This document shows, in pieces, positions 1 to 15,300 of a stretch of DNA of 64,000 bases (positions within the stretch are counted from its first letter, which is position 1; each line of letters starts with the position of its first letter). A program made the translations under genes and the position numbers. The stretch comes from Bugula neritina (taxonomy: Eukaryota > Animalia > Bryozoa), in contig OZ037766.1 in assembly GCA_964035545.1 (NCBI GenBank), positions 24,978,126-25,042,125 of the forward strand, read 5' to 3'. Under the pieces are notes generated by a model that did no database searches, had not been told where the DNA came from, and saw only the letters and a program-made list of their open reading frames with translations.

Positions 1-305
1 AATGACAATGTTTGTGGTAATTGGCACGAAATTCTATAGTTATAAAGTTATAAAGTACGCCAGTATTGTAGATTACGGTTCTTTGTTTCAATACAATACA
101 TTCTATCTTCCCAGTCTGAATCGATATCTAAGATGCATGTAGCTATTTTAATTTTTACAATCTACTAATCTTATGCACCTAAACTTATAAAGCTTGTATG
201 AATAATTTACCAAAAAAACTAAGCAAGAATTAGTAGCCTATAGTAATCAAACCATAATCAAAAGTCTAGACATGCAGGTTGTACCAGTCTGCCTATTTTA
301 TACGA

Positions 306-467
306 GCAGCAGTGGCAAAATTGAAATCGCCTAAGTTCTTTAACTTTTTTTATAATTTTTGGTTTGGGGCCCAGGTTGAAATTTACTATAAAAATAAAAC
401 TTCTTGTGCTACAATTCTAATCTAGAACATTGACTTTTCTCACTTCCCCCATTACTGCACCTATCTC
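306..467 (+). repeat. Dispersed repeat, copy 1 (homologous to 49742-49901)
   Basis: The two copies are colinear from AGCAGTGG...AAATTGA through AACTTCTT to CCATTACTGCAC. Confidence 0.6.
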
Positions 468-1085
468 TGCATAGTATATAATAGATAATTAAAACAACTA
501 GAAGTAATGGCTATTTTTTCAAAAGTTTTTACAATAGCCTATCTCTTTGCTGTTATTAACTACTATAATTAAGGTTATAGCGGAGCAAATTATTTTTAAT
601 GAATGGCTAAAGATTTATAGAACTTGTTTAGTCTTCATACTAATAATTTATAGAAATAACATGAGGTAGTCTAGGCTTGATATTCACTACTATTTTTATT
701 TCATTTTATTTTTGGTTTGTAGGAAAGTAAAACTCGTAGGCTATATACAATTAAATAGTTTTTCACAAGTAAAATATTCAAGTGTTGAGTGCGTAAATGC
801 ATACGCGTGTATTACATTTCATCAACAAAGTACATGGATAAAATCGGAAGTTAAAATATACATATGTATAATATATAAAAAGGATTTGCGCAGGCACAAT
901 TATTATTCTCTAATCAATAAACAAGAACTAGTAGAAGTAGGAGTTGTTTACTCATTTACGTATAAAATTTGAGAGAGTACGATTCTAATAAAACAGGCTT
1001 TGAATGGCTAACAATTTTACTGAAACTTCGAGAATATGAGAAGATTTGATGTTTTTAATAACTAATTATCTTATTTGTTTTATAG

Positions 1086-4000
1086 AAGAAGTTAAAAGTT
1101 TTGCATATTTAAAAGTTCCAAAAACTGGTTCCTCCACCATGTACACTATATTATCAAGATTTGCACTGGACAGAAAATTGGATATTATAACGCCAGATCG
1201 CCCAGTCTACCTCTTTTTAAATTCTCCTGGAAATAAAGGAAAAGGTATTGTTAACAAATTATTTGATTATTTAATAAATTTCTCAGCTATGCTTATGGAT
1301 AAAATTCTAGTACAATGTGACTTTAAACTTGTCTTATCCAACTTGAAATGTTCTATAGTAATATTTTACTTGAAATATATATAGTAACTGCATGCATGTA
1401 TTATATTACTATATCAGCAGTTTGAGCCAAAGAGAGTGAACTTTTGGTTTCATCGATTTTTTAAGAAAGATCAGGAAGTGTTTTTTCGCACTGATTTCGG
1501 TTCTAAAAAAACTTTAGAGTACCTACTAATTTTAGTGCTTCATTTTTTTATATAATTAGTCTTATATGTAAGTAGAATGCCAAAAAAACACTGCACAATC
1601 AAACTTTTTTAATTGGGCATCTTACTACAATTTCAATCATTTTTATTTTGAAATTGACTGAGAAAAATAAAATAAGATTGGATTAACTGATAGTTTTAAA
1701 AATAAAGCACAAATATTATTATAATTACTTATGTACTCTAACTAAACAAACAGGAAATTAATTTAGGTTACTGTTGAGACTTTAACTATGGAAACGACCT
1801 ATTATATTGATTTATACTTGTTCAATGTAATTTGTAATAGACTTTACATTTTTACAAATAAAATCTGAATAAATAACATGATGCACGATAAACCTAAAAA
1901 ATAAGCAGGTTTATAGTAAGCAGATTGCTCATTTTTGAAGTCAAATTCAAGAAAATAATGACAATCATGCTTATTAACAACTACAAGTTTGTTAATTGGC
2001 TTTCGATATTTCACGGGATTTACCACCAGCTTTATATCCAACTATGCATTAACTATTTAATCACTAATTTCACTTGAGCTTTCGAGTGTAATGAAGATAA
2101 TAGTGAGGGTGCACTTAAGTTTAGGTGACTTGGCAAGAAAGCGTGGTGATTAGGGTACAACATATTATACCCCTTTGACCCCTTCTTACTTCCACCACTG
2201 ACTGCAACTATTTTAAATAAAATGAAAAATTATGAAGCGTTATTTTACCCCAAAACATTGTATTTGCTGTCTTTTTACAGTTAATATTTTTATGAAGTGC
2301 AGTAAATAGTAAGCAAAGCTAAACAATTGTTTAATAATAATTTATGCAAAAATTAGCTGACTTAATTTTGTTTTGTGGCCAATAATTATGTTTGTTAATT
2401 AATATCATCCACATGTAAGAAATCCACAGCAGATTTTGAAGTAGAAGATTAATAACTGCAGATTGTTTCAAGCTGCACTGCACAGTGGAGTTGCATAAAA
2501 TATTTGAGAAGTATAAAATAACTTTTACGGTGTATTAAAAATAGATTATATATAGCTGCTGCAAAAACAATACCCATCACTATGAATGTTAGGCTAACAA
2601 CTCTTTTAAATTTTTATTAACCTATAGCTTTTATTTTAAGCAGACATATATTATAAAAGCATAACTATAAATTGTGATCTATCAGCATCAAAAGATATCT
2701 TGAATTATTTTATCTGGTATATTTCCTCTAATTATTTTACAAATAGTCTGGAAAATAGGTCCAAAGAACCACTCAAAAGGAGATGCGGTAATGCACCATG
2801 CTATCTATAAGGATTATCTCTATGACAAGTATTTGAAAACAGGATATAAACTCATAGTGTCAGTGAGAGAGCCAATTGCCTGGTTCAAGTCTGCCGTTCA
2901 ATTTTATCGTAAAGAAGTAAAAAACAAGGTAGATCACAACACATCTCACTATTACACAATGCATTCAGTTATGTATGTTCTTTTATATCTATAAACTATA
3001 TTATAAAGATTAAATAGAAAAAATGTATGATAGTTTTAAAAAAGCTAATTTTTTTTGTTTTTAGAGTGCAGAAGAAATCATTCTTAATTCAAAATATTTC
3101 TCTGAGAAAAGAAGACTGTTTCATAACAGACAACTTCATTATTTGGGATTCAATAATCCCTATGGGAGTTTCAACATGAGTAAAGTGAAAGATTTTATAG
3201 TAAAAATTATCAACAGGTAAATTGTACCAAAATTTAAGTATTAAATTTCACAATTTATTGTTTCAGTAAGCTTGGAAACCAAAGACACCTTCAATAGTCA
3301 AAACATGTTTTTGAAACTCATTGATATAATATTTGATTCTACTAATTCCAAATTGGATATTGTTTATTCACTGTAACAGTTATATAAGTCTAATCACGTT
3401 GATATTTTAAAACTCTTATTACTGTAAACAATTTACCTTATTTGTGTGCCTTTGAGGTATTGTTGTGTTCCGAATGTGTGCTTATATAAGCAAAGGCCTT
3501 GTGAACAAAATATCAGCTTTAAATTAGTAGGTATAAGTGTTTGTAAGCTGAATAAGATGTAATTGTTCTAGACTTCACTGACCCATATGATAGGTCAAGT
3601 GCTAGAGTAATTATCTAACATGGTTACGTAAATGACTACAATGTAATTGCTGGCACCTGCTTGTTGATCTAGTACAAACAAATTGTTTTTAAAAGTAAAC
3701 TTGCGACAGTTTAGATTGCTTTGCACATTTTTATTGCGTGCATATATTTTTAAATTTTCAATTTGTTATTTATGGCATCAGTCGAGATTTACAGCTGTTT
3801 GATATTAACAAATAGAGAAGTTTACTGCAAAATATTAAAAGAAATTTTGCTAAGCATATAGATATATTTAAGTTTTAGCTTATTGCCTGTACCAGTACCT
3901 ATAGTAACTAAAGCATTTTTTTTTAATTTTTTTTTAAACCTTTGTGGTTTTTATATAATATAGTAAAAGTTTCCATGATGAAGTGCAAATATTTATACGA

Positions 4001-4955
4001 TCTTTCTGAAAGTGAAGCTCTCTTTTAGGACAGACATAATTATACTTAATGAACAGTATGATGCATCTTTACTAATAATGATGAAAAGATTTGGCTGGAA
4101 ATATTCTGATTTATTTTACAACAAGATGAGAGTACTTAACACTTATAACAATTCACTTTCCAACAAAGCTATTGAAAAGCTGCTTTCAAAAGAGTATAAT
4201 TTGAGAGATAAAATATACTATGAAGAGATGAATAAAACTTGGTGGGCTCAGCCAGAACTTGGAGAAGAAGGCTTTTGGGATGAGGTATTCAATTTTAAGT
4301 TATGTGCTACAGCTCTAACAATGTAATAATATACATATACAATAATATCGTTACATGAAATATAATGTCAAATACGCATGAGTAAATTATCTATATTAAT
4401 TTTTATAATAAGCTGTTCATAAAATTTTATGTTTGTCTACACTGTGTGGTATTAATAAAAATAATTATTTAGTTGTTCACATCAGGTAGTCTATGGCTAG
4501 GTGACACCACTTTACAAGTAATTACATGATACCACAACTCCTATAAATACCATAGAAACATCTTCAATAGAATTTAACGTTTTATCTCTGCTTTGAACCT
4601 TTTGTTTAACATATGAACATTACTTAAATTTCTTGACTACTCAGTTAAAATAACCGTTGAGCTAGAAATTTTCAGCAACAATTTGAACTGTTGGAATTTT
4701 ATAACTAATATACTGTATTAATATACATTAAATTATTTTTTACAGGTAGCCTATTTTACTGCTCTTAACAAAAGAGTTATGTCAAATGAGTGTCTAGATG
4801 TACTAAAAAACAAACATCCCATTATAATACCTGTTACACAGTACCACGGTAAACTCAATCTTACAGTCATTATGTGCACAAGATTATCAAAAGAATGGGG
4901 AGGTCTCATGGATTGTGTGATCAACTATGTTTTTCAACGAAGAAATCAATGCTAA
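1086..4955 (+). CDS. Galactose-3-O-sulfotransferase (GAL3ST/cerebroside sulfotransferase)-like gene, 5'-partial; exons 1086-1244, 2747-2928, 3065-3216, 4029-4284, 4746-4955
   Basis: Five GT-AG exons join in frame to TAA at 4953-4955. They contain the 5'-PSB motif YLKVPKTGSSTMYTILSRFA, the 3'-PB motif VSVREPIAWFKSAVQFY and the family-like segment IILNEQYDASLLIMMKRFGW. The start codon and transmembrane exon were not located. Confidence 0.85.
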
Positions 4956-5287
4956 TTTTATTTAAATAACTAGCTTGCTTCGTTCATAATTAAAAAGAAA
5001 CTATCATATGAATGTAATAGGTTGCTCAAACTTCACAATAATAATTAAAATATTATTATCTTAAAATTAGTAAGTGTAAAATAACGAGGTCTATTTCAAC
5101 AGCTACCTGCAAGTATTATATCAATTTATAAGAAATAATGCAGTTATAGTGTTTATAACAAAAACTATAAAAAGTGAATAGTTGTGAAAATACTTATCTG
5201 TTGTTATTGCATTGGAGATATGATAACTGTTTCTGTTTTGATATCTAATCCCATAATTCATTAAAAATAATATGCGCGAGAACTTAA

Positions 5288-6055
5288 AGGATTGCTCTAT
5301 CTTGTCTAATAAATGGCCATTTAGGTCAAACACACATAATATTGTGTTTTTCTAAGCATGCATTGACAAAAAGCATTTGACCAAAGGTAGAAAAAGTTAG
5401 TTGAAGTTGAGGGTGTAGATTGGTAACAGCCAAAACGCCGATTTTGAAATGAGCTGGGAACTGTGACGTAACAGCGCCAGCATTCCTGCTGGTCACGTGA
5501 CTATACAAATGAATAACTATAGAAATATGACTGTGAGATGTGATCTTTCAACTCGTAATTTGTATATTTATAGAAGTGCAAATGTGAATTATCTCAATCT
5601 ATAGTTTTTTGACATGTTAAATAACATGTATGTGATAGCATTAGGCCATATTTTGCTTGTAAGCATAGAAAAAAGCATTGCAAAAACATGCATTCTTTAG
5701 GATGAATGCCTGCGATCGATCTAAACTAGGTCAGATTGTGCAATATTACAGGCGCACCAAAGCTGACCTATATAGCGCACTGTAACTGCTTGAGCGTTAT
5801 TGGTTGATGTTGCGCTCAGCAACCTTGAATACTAGCGTTATAGTTAGCACGTGCAGCATAGTTACTGGCGTTCACACGTCACGTATTAGGCTATTCTTTT
5901 TCATGGCTGAAAATTTTACCTCCCTCAAAATTGGAATTTTGAAAAGCTGTTTTCTAGGCATATATCCCTTTGCAAAGTCACAATTGTTTGCATACACATT
6001 AGATTATAGTTCATAATTATAATGTGATTGTAATAAACTAAGATAGAGCAATCCT
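5288..6055. mobile_element. MITE with TTAA target-site duplication (Kolobok-like termini)
   Basis: A perfect 16-bp TIR, AGGATTGCTCTATCTT, lies at 5288-5303 and inverted at 6040-6055, with TTAA on both flanks. Confidence 0.8.
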
Positions 6056-6362
6056 TTAATTTTATTATTTTCACCATTATCAAGATACTGCAAGCTTATG
6101 AATATTTTACATTTTGGAGTTTTCTTTCCTCATTATGTACATACATAGGAAAACGTATTGAATGTACCAGGTAGATTTTTGCTGGGAAGCAGCCAATAGA
6201 CTTTGATAATTTACTAGTGTGTAAATTTGATTGGCTATAGCTGTTGTATAGTCTTGATAGGTGAAATATTTGAATGAAATGGATCAGCAAACTATACACA
6301 GTCAGTCAATGAAGCAGTAGTGTTGGTATAAGTGTACAAAAAAGAACCAATTTATTGTCAAC

Positions 6363-9300
6363 ATGTCAAATAGAAGAGTCAAAGGTAATATTAAGTTTAT
6401 TTTGATACAGATGCAAAGAATTGTTTAGGCATTATATAACATGCTACTTTAATTACTTAATAAATTGTTTGTTATGTTTGATCATTTCTCTTTTAAAACA
6501 GTTAATTTGTTAGGACAATAATTTATGATTTAGGGATGACTTAAATATTATAGATAACTTATTTTAGTTATTTTTTAAAGGTAATTAAATTTCATTGCAT
6601 TATATAAATGATAACTGTTTTTGTATATAATAAGCATGACTTTAAGTAATTAATAATTACTTTAATAATGCGTTGTGGTAACTATCAATATGCCAACGAT
6701 TATTTGAATTAAATAATAACAAATATAAAGTTAGTTAGGAAAGTAAATATTACATATGGTTAGATATTGCAGACAATAGTAATGCTTTTCACTAAATATA
6801 GATCCCTTAAAATACATTATTACGGCATGCTGCAGCTGAAGTTCTTATAGTTATTGTAAATTATTAAAACCTATTATACAATAGTTATATATTACCTACA
6901 TCTTTCAGTACTCTCAATTGTATAAAGGTCTTACAGGAAAGTCTTTAAAATCTATGACAATGTTCTAGTTGAATTGCTTTCAAAAAGTTTTATTAGTTTT
7001 GAAATTCTTGGTATAATTGCATTTTTTTCTAAACTAGAATAACGCTATAATAACACAGATAAGCATGGCTTTAAAACTTCAGCAACGTTATGCAGATAAA
7101 GGCTGTAACATAATGTCAAAATCGTAGTTTTTTTTCAGACAAAACTAAACAAGTTTCGTCTTATTATAGGTCTCAAGGAGAGAATTAGCAGTGGAGAAGT
7201 AGTAATAACTGGGGAAGGATATCTTATGGAACTGTGCCGCAGGGGATACAACCAAAATGGTAGCTTTATTCCAACTGTAAGTCTTATTAAACGCTTTACA
7301 CTATATCAATTTATACGTTGTCAATTGTCTCAAAATAGACATGGGAGTTAAAACAGAGTATACATGTTACCTTATGTAAAATTAAATGGCTTAAACTTCT
7401 AAACGACTGCAAATGTGTTGCTATTTATCATTAGTATTAACTACCTAAGGAGAGTTTAATTTTACAACTGGAAAACACATTTTACTTTTGAAAAATCACA
7501 AACATTTTTGTGATGTGCGTTTGGTGAATGAGTTACTGCAGATCATCATATATGCAGCATGCAAAATGGAAAGCCCGTGAATCTGTTGTTTGAAGAGTAT
7601 ATATAGAAGTATGATCATAAAGTTTATGGACACTACACTTTCATTCATTCAAAACTAAGTTTTCTTCATATACCTGCATGTAACTGAGAAGAATCTGGAA
7701 ACCTCACAGAACTTCACAGCTTATATAAGCCTGCTACAGAAACCTACTACACAAGTCATGTGTAATAGTTTAAGCAAGCACAGGATATTTAGAACACTAA
7801 CAACACAATTTATGTTTATATATAAGCTCATTGTCTTCATGCAAAACTTTATTACTGAAACAATATGAAACCAATACACTGAAAAGAAAATAGTACTACA
7901 TGTTTGTTTAAACACTGCTGGTTAATGCATGTACCCAGTAATTAATTTTTCTCTTCCACCCAATCATTTGCATGAATATTCTTTTCGGACCAGTTTCAGG
8001 ATCAGCACTTGCGCAAGCAAGAGCACAGTTATAATGCAAATATTAAATAGGCTTTCCATTTATTGAAACTTTTAATATCATTTAATTGGCTTTCTCTAGA
8101 AAGCAATAATTGATAACGAATAACATAATATTACCATTTTGACTTTACGGTTTTACTAGCAGTGTCAATATTATCTCATGACTGTAATTTTCCATAGTTG
8201 CTATATGTTATATACATTTGCAGTTATTCCACTTGTATTTAATAATATTTTTATGACCTGGCGTGTACTTACTGTATAGGTTACATGTCATAACATCCAC
8301 TTTTCCATATAATATATCTTCAAGATAAGGATTAGCACTATATATACTATGTTCAGCTCCTATAGAAAACAATTATCTTGTGCCTGTGCTATAGGGCTCT
8401 TACCTAATTATAATATTTGTATAATATATGTCAGGCTGTGCTGGATCACCCAGACAGAGTTGAAGATTTCACTAGAGAACTGGTACATGCTGGAGTGGAT
8501 GTTTGCTCTGCTTTCTTGGTATGTATAGGATACAGCCGTTGTTATACACCTGCTGTTTTAAGTTTTGAGATTATAGTACTTGAGGTGGTGTGTTTTCCCA
8601 ATAGACCTCATAGTGTATAATAATTAGCAGTCTATAGTTTCAAGTTGGAGGTTTATGGTTTGACCCTGGTGGGGGGGGGGGCAGAATTTTTTTTACAGTA
8701 TTTCTATAGGTCCGTATTTTTTAAGTTTCTTAAGTTTTTATTCATCTTTAAAATTCCATGGCACAGGACAATTATAGTAAAAATTGAAAAATGCCTTCAT
8801 TGGACTGAAATAATATAAAAGATTACATTATGAAAGTTACCTAACAAATTCACAGTCACGCATGTTAAGTTTAGTTGCTCAAGGAGCATAGGTGATTTAA
8901 AAAAATGATTGCTTTTGGTTCCAAAGTACTTCCATCCTGCTTGAACCTGGGCAGTGGTAAGTTTTCTTTAAGCTACCTAAGGCCCTTAAGTTTTTATGAC
9001 ACAGAAGAAATTGTCTTTTAATACCTTTCCTAACATCGCCCATGGCAGATGTTAAATTGTGGCATTCTATCTTTTCTTGCTTATTATCTGTAGTCTATTG
9101 TACTATTTAAGTTAGCAGCCCGGTTTTTGACTGCATTTCTTTGAAGCCAGGTTTTCAAGCATGCTATATACTACAGCAAATGATTGCTGCTGAGATTGTA
9201 AATGAGACAAATACCACAGAGATGGTATTTAGGTTATAAAAATACTTTTTTATTGCTGATACATGTCAAATAGTATTTAGTAACAATAATATTTACTGAC

Positions 9301-12300
9301 AAGTGCCTAATTGTTTGCTCATTATAGCAGTTTCAGTGAATTTCTTGTTAGTAGTTGGCCTAAAATATTCCTAGGACTTTAGTTATTTAAAATTGGAAAT
9401 TTAGGTCAGTTGATTTAACCTCAGGCAAATTCACAATGTAAAACATTTTATATTAGCAGAATATGTCTAAAGATTTATATTCCTGTTCAATACATTAATT
9501 TTTATACTGAAATTTTTCCAACACTATAAGAAACAAATGTTATACATAAAATATAATTATTTTTAAAAACATGTAAACGATAGAAGACAAAAATTGAGTA
9601 TTTAAATTTAGAATTTGACAAAACTCTGAATTATCTTATACTTGGCATGAGCAAGTTATCAGAGTAAAACATAATTAACTAGATCCAATTGGAAGTAGAA
9701 GATATGATAATAAAAATTTCTTTTATGACAATAAAAAAACATGATATTACGCCTTTCATTTTGAATGAGTTGTTATCCTTATTATAGTGCAGAAGGTAAA
9801 GTTTTAACTTTTTAGTATATAGCTGATCTCACCAAACTTGCTAAATCTACCATAATATATATAAATGCATATTTTATGATGTCACAGTACTATGCTAACA
9901 AAGAAAAAATGGTAAAGTCAGGAAGAAAAGCTGAAGAATCAGAATTGCTAATTCGAAGAGCACTTGAAATAGCCAAAAAGGTATGAAAACACAGCCACTA
10001 ATAGTACTTTATGCCCTCGAAAGCTTTGTTATATATAAACTAAAATTAAGCAGCTATATAGTGGGTTTGTAACAAATAGCAACTCAGAGTTCCTATCTCT
10101 CTCTAAAACCATATAGTTGCAACATTTTTGCACATGCACTTTATCAACATTAGGCTTAGTTAAACACTAATTATAATTAGTTATCATACTTCACATTAAC
10201 TAGGATGAAAAATAATTAGTTTTATGTACATTATTAGTATGCTGTCAAGATACTATTATAACTTTATATTGTAAACTATTTTAAAATAATTGCTTAGTTT
10301 AAATTATCATAGTTAATGAATAAGTGATATATTGAAAACTATTTATGCTCAGCATATTATGTAGCTATTTAAATAATTATAAATAAATTAAAAATTAAAA
10401 CAAGAGTAGTTGTAAATTTCACTTGACCCCTCTTTCAATTTTTGTACCAGTGGTGTAATTATTAACTATAACCTTTAAATAAACATTGAGCTCATGATCT
10501 ATGAAATGCAATTTGTTTGTTAAGGTAGCAATAGAAACAGGAACACTATTCACTGCTGGACTAGCAAAGACTACTCAATATGAACCGGATGATGAAGAGG
10601 CTCAAAAAAGTTGTGAACGTGAATACAGAGTAAGTGGTAAATTAAAACCAATTGACTTTAGTAACAAAAAATATGCTATATCAAAGTATACATCGAATAG
10701 TATATTATATTGAATGCATTAAGTTTTTTTTGGGCTGAGTTTTTAACTTTAAGCTAACATTAATCAAAAACTTATTATTATAATATACATGTATTCTAAG
10801 ATTTCCATATGATGTTATATTCACTTTCACTTAAATTTAGGATTTATTGGGCTTTGTGCATTTAAATGTACACATTTAGGTATACATATATAGCATAACC
10901 AGAATTATACCTGTAACTGAAAATCTAGTCAATGTTGATTCATCCCAAGTTTTAGGAATCATATTTAGTATGGCTAAAAATGTTTTACTATTGGTTATCT
11001 ATCACTAAGCCTACAAATTATTTAGTTTGCAGAATGAAATTTTAAATGTATGCAACTATATTTTAGGAGCAAATGAAACTATGTGCTGAATATGGCGTAG
11101 ATTATGTTGCCATAGAAACGCTGTGGGATTATGGTGAAGCTGCAATAGCTTTAAAGGTTGCCAAAGAATTTGGTAAATATAATGTTTTATAAAAACTATT
11201 TGTCAAAGCTTTTGTTATCTGTTGGTTGGTGGGATTTTCTCATACAAGTAAAAAAAGAAAACTACCAATAATGGATGCTGAAAGTAAATTAGTCAATACT
11301 CTCAATAGTACAAAGAAAAATTTTACTACTGTATGTGGGGCCTGATGAGCTGTAAAAATATAAACTTCTTTACCAATAATATAACTAGCATTATATGCAT
11401 TATAATTTTAATGTAGAACAGATTGGAAAGCTTTAATTTGTGGATCCCAACAAAAACTTTTAGTTATTCTTGTACAATGCTTAAAAATTTGATATCTGGA
11501 ACAGTACGTAGGTTTTCTATTCAAAATTATTTCTTACAAAAAACTATTCCTTCACAAGATAAAATGGGTAAATTTTGCCTAATTATTACGCATGCATGCT
11601 GCGATTTTTAATTTTGTATTTTTCTTTTGTCAACTCAAGTGGCACATGCAATATTGGTATAGACCGATAATTATATTACTATATTTCAAGGATTGGAGGC
11701 AGTGATAACCCTTGCACCAAACAGTGTTCATGATCCACCTTTAACCTTTGATGACTATGAGTTGAGTGTAGCTTTGCAAAATCTACTTGATGACGGAGCA
11801 GCATGCGTTGGGGTAAACTGCATTAGAGGGCCTAAGACTATGATTCCTTTGATCAAAAGATTAAGACAGGAAGTAAAGGTTAGCTGAATAACTACAGGAG
11901 TATGTTAAACCCTATAAATTCATTATATTTCATTTATTATTAAAACATTTGTCCACAATTTTTCAATCTTTATTAATCAATTGTCTGAAGAATTTTTGTA
12001 TGGGATAAATATAAAATATTAAATTGAAGAAGGCTTTATATAATAGCTAATTCAATAGCATATTGTATTGCATGTACTCAATTGATGAGTAGGCTTTAGG
12101 AGGGATCAATTAAATAAATATAATTTTATTTTAATTTAAATTTTTTACTATTATAGCTTGTAGCTCAGAGTGATTGTATAACTTATTGTTGCATTAGAAG
12201 TTATCTTCTCTCATTTACATTGATTTCATAACTGTTTCATTATAATTATTATATAGCTATGACATAACTAGCAATTATACTGCTATTAGTTGCTATCTGA

Positions 12301-15300
12301 TTATAAGTTATTTTAACATTTACAATATATATTCTTATACAAAAGATGAATAATATTATTATCATTAAAATTGTTTTAAATTTTTTACATCTCAAAGCAC
12401 TTGTGGTTGCATGAACTGTGCATTAAGTAATAGATCTTACATACTAGGATGAAAAAACATTGTCTAGTATTTTTATGCAGCTCATATTATAATATTTCAG
12501 CTTTAGATTTTGTGAGTTACACTTTTAGGTTCTCTTATTTAATTGACATGCATTATAACATCAATAAAAAGAAGAGTAGATGAGAGTAAAGCAGAGAGTT
12601 GGATAATACAGTCTATACTTTATAGTCTATACTCTGTACTCTGCACTCTGCACTCTGCACTCTGCACTCTGCACTCTGCACTCTGCACTCTGCACTCTGC
12701 ACTCTGCACTCTGCACTCTGCACTCTGCACTCTGCACTCTGCACTCTGCACTCTGCACTCTGCACTCTGCACTCTGCACTCTGCACTCTGCACTCTGCAC
12801 TCTGCACTCTGCACTCTGCACTCTGCACTCTGCACTCTGCACTCTGCACTCTGCACTCTGCACTCTGCACTCTGCACTCTGCACTCTGCACTCTGCACTC
12901 TGCACTCTGCACTCTGCACTCTGCACTCTGCACTCTGCACTCTGCACTCTGCACTCTGCACTCTGCACTCTGCACTCTGCACTCTGCACTCTGCACTCTG
13001 CACTCTGCACTCTGCACTCTGCACTCTGCACTCTGCACTCTGCACTCTGCACTCTGCACTCTGCACTCTGCACTCTGCACTCTGCACTCTGCACTCTGCA
13101 CTCTGCACTCTGCACTCTGCACTCTGCACTCTGCACTCTGCACTCTGCACTCTGCACTCTGCACTCTGCACTCTGCACTCTGTACTCTGTAAGTTATGTA
13201 ATCAAACTAATTGAACTTTATTATAGATACGGTATAAACCAACAGCACAAAAATACATAAAATATTGTGTATTGGTATATCATAATTTCACTTTCATCTA
13301 AAAAAACAACAATAATTGTGTCAATCTTGTATGCTATTTTAGAAAAACAATAGTAATTACCACAGCATAATATATTAAATTAGTTATGATCTCTGCTATG
13401 GAACATATGCAAACATGTACATAAAAATTTACCTACAAATAGCTGAATTCACTCGCATTATAAGTCTATAACTATTGGTACCGCAGACCACAATCTTTGC
13501 ATATATACAAACAATAGATTATAAATATTTGATATAATCTTTATTTAAAGAAAATGTCTTACGTTTTAATAGTGAAGTTCAGGAGTTGTCTGCTGCAAAG
13601 TTTATTTTTGCCTACAATTCCAGTGTTTTATTGTTTCAGGGACCATTAGCTTGTATTGCTATTGGCTACAAGACAACAGAGAAACAGCCAACTTGGTATC
13701 GCCTTAGGAACCCTGATACCGGAGAACAGAGCTTTCCAGATGATATTTCAGGGCATTACTTGGGTAGGACAAGTTTAGCTGCATGTATATATTATATTTA
13801 AATTGCCACCAAATACATAGTTTTTATAATGTAATAAAAAGGGTATATATAACAGCTATTCCTAAAATTATGTTATTGGTCACTATAATATATTCCAAAT
13901 AATATGGTGATTCTCACAAGTTTAATTTTCAGCAGATCTTTTAGCAATGAATAAAGCTGGCTTAATTGGCTTGGGTTTATAAATTTAGTTTTGATATACA
14001 TAGATTAGAAAACAATTAAGTTGATAAGTGTGTATTTAATTTGGTTGGAACATACTATTACTGGTTTTGAATATAGTAGGCTACTTATATTTAAACCATT
14101 ACTTTAGTAAAATCATTTGTCATTTCTAAAACATTACTGTATACTGTATACTGTTGGAATAAATAGCTCTCGTTCATCTACATCCTGTGTAAGGTAGTCT
14201 GCATAGTAAAAGATGGTGTGGATACATTAGGGGTAACGAGGGGGGGGGGGCACAACGGCCGAATTTTGCATTTGTTGCTCTCATTCGTCTGTTTTTCAAG
14301 TTACTAGTTCAATAATCTCTAGTCTTAATGCTACATCTGTTGTCTATTACAGGTATCAGTTTGTTGTTTCTATCTCTTTCACAACTTTCAGAATAACGAA
14401 ATTTTCATGACGAAAAAATTGGCCCATTGTGCCCCGGTACCGAGGTACAATGGGCCACTGGGTGGGACACAACAAATATATGGAAATTTTGCGTATTTTG
14501 TTATATCTAATCTTTATTTATTTAATAATACAAATAAATAAAGATACTCTTTCAGATCTACAGCAAAATTCATGTTTTAGCCGTAGAGTTTGTGCCACTA
14601 CGGATAGCAGTGGGAGGCAAAATCAAACGCATGTCACTCGGTTCTGCAGTGCCATTATCATTACTGTTTAAAACTAAAAATGTTTTGTTATTTTTACTTC
14701 AGAGCAACGTTTATTAAAAAAAAACTTTACTAAAATGTACTACAAAATTCTGAGTGAACTTTTTTCAATGAACTGTAGCTAAGGTGCATGCATGGCTGAG
14801 GTTTGTGACTGGAGTACGGATGGGAGAGGGGGGAGCAAATGAGCAAATCACAATTTATTTCAGTCAAATGCATGTATATTCCCTCAATGGTGTAATATAT
14901 AATGATTATCATGACTATCTACTAGTAGCAACAGCAGAGTGTTTTGTATTATGTATAAAATTGCAAAGCTTCAACCTCACCAGATGTATGTATTAGGAGA
15001 GCTTTAACTTGTAGTTTTGTAGTCTTACCATGATGTCTTTGATATTTTACAAAAAGGTCAGAAATGGCTATATCTATAGATTTTAGTAACATTTCAACCA
15101 AATTTTTGGGCAAAGAAACTAATAACAGTGATCAGGGTGCAATAACCAGGTGGTCCATTGTGCCCCGGTCAGCGTGGCCCATTGTGCCCCGTGTGGCCAA
15201 ATTGAAAATAAATGTGCCTCAAGGAAAATTCATTTCAGTGTTTGCTGTTATAATAGTTAAGCATTGTAGAGACAAGCAATGGCAACAATATTAGTAAAAT

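Noticed and set aside
12543-13214. Four 183-223 aa ORFs (LHSALCT / QSAECRV repeats)
   Set aside because: They are translations of the intronic heptamer satellite.
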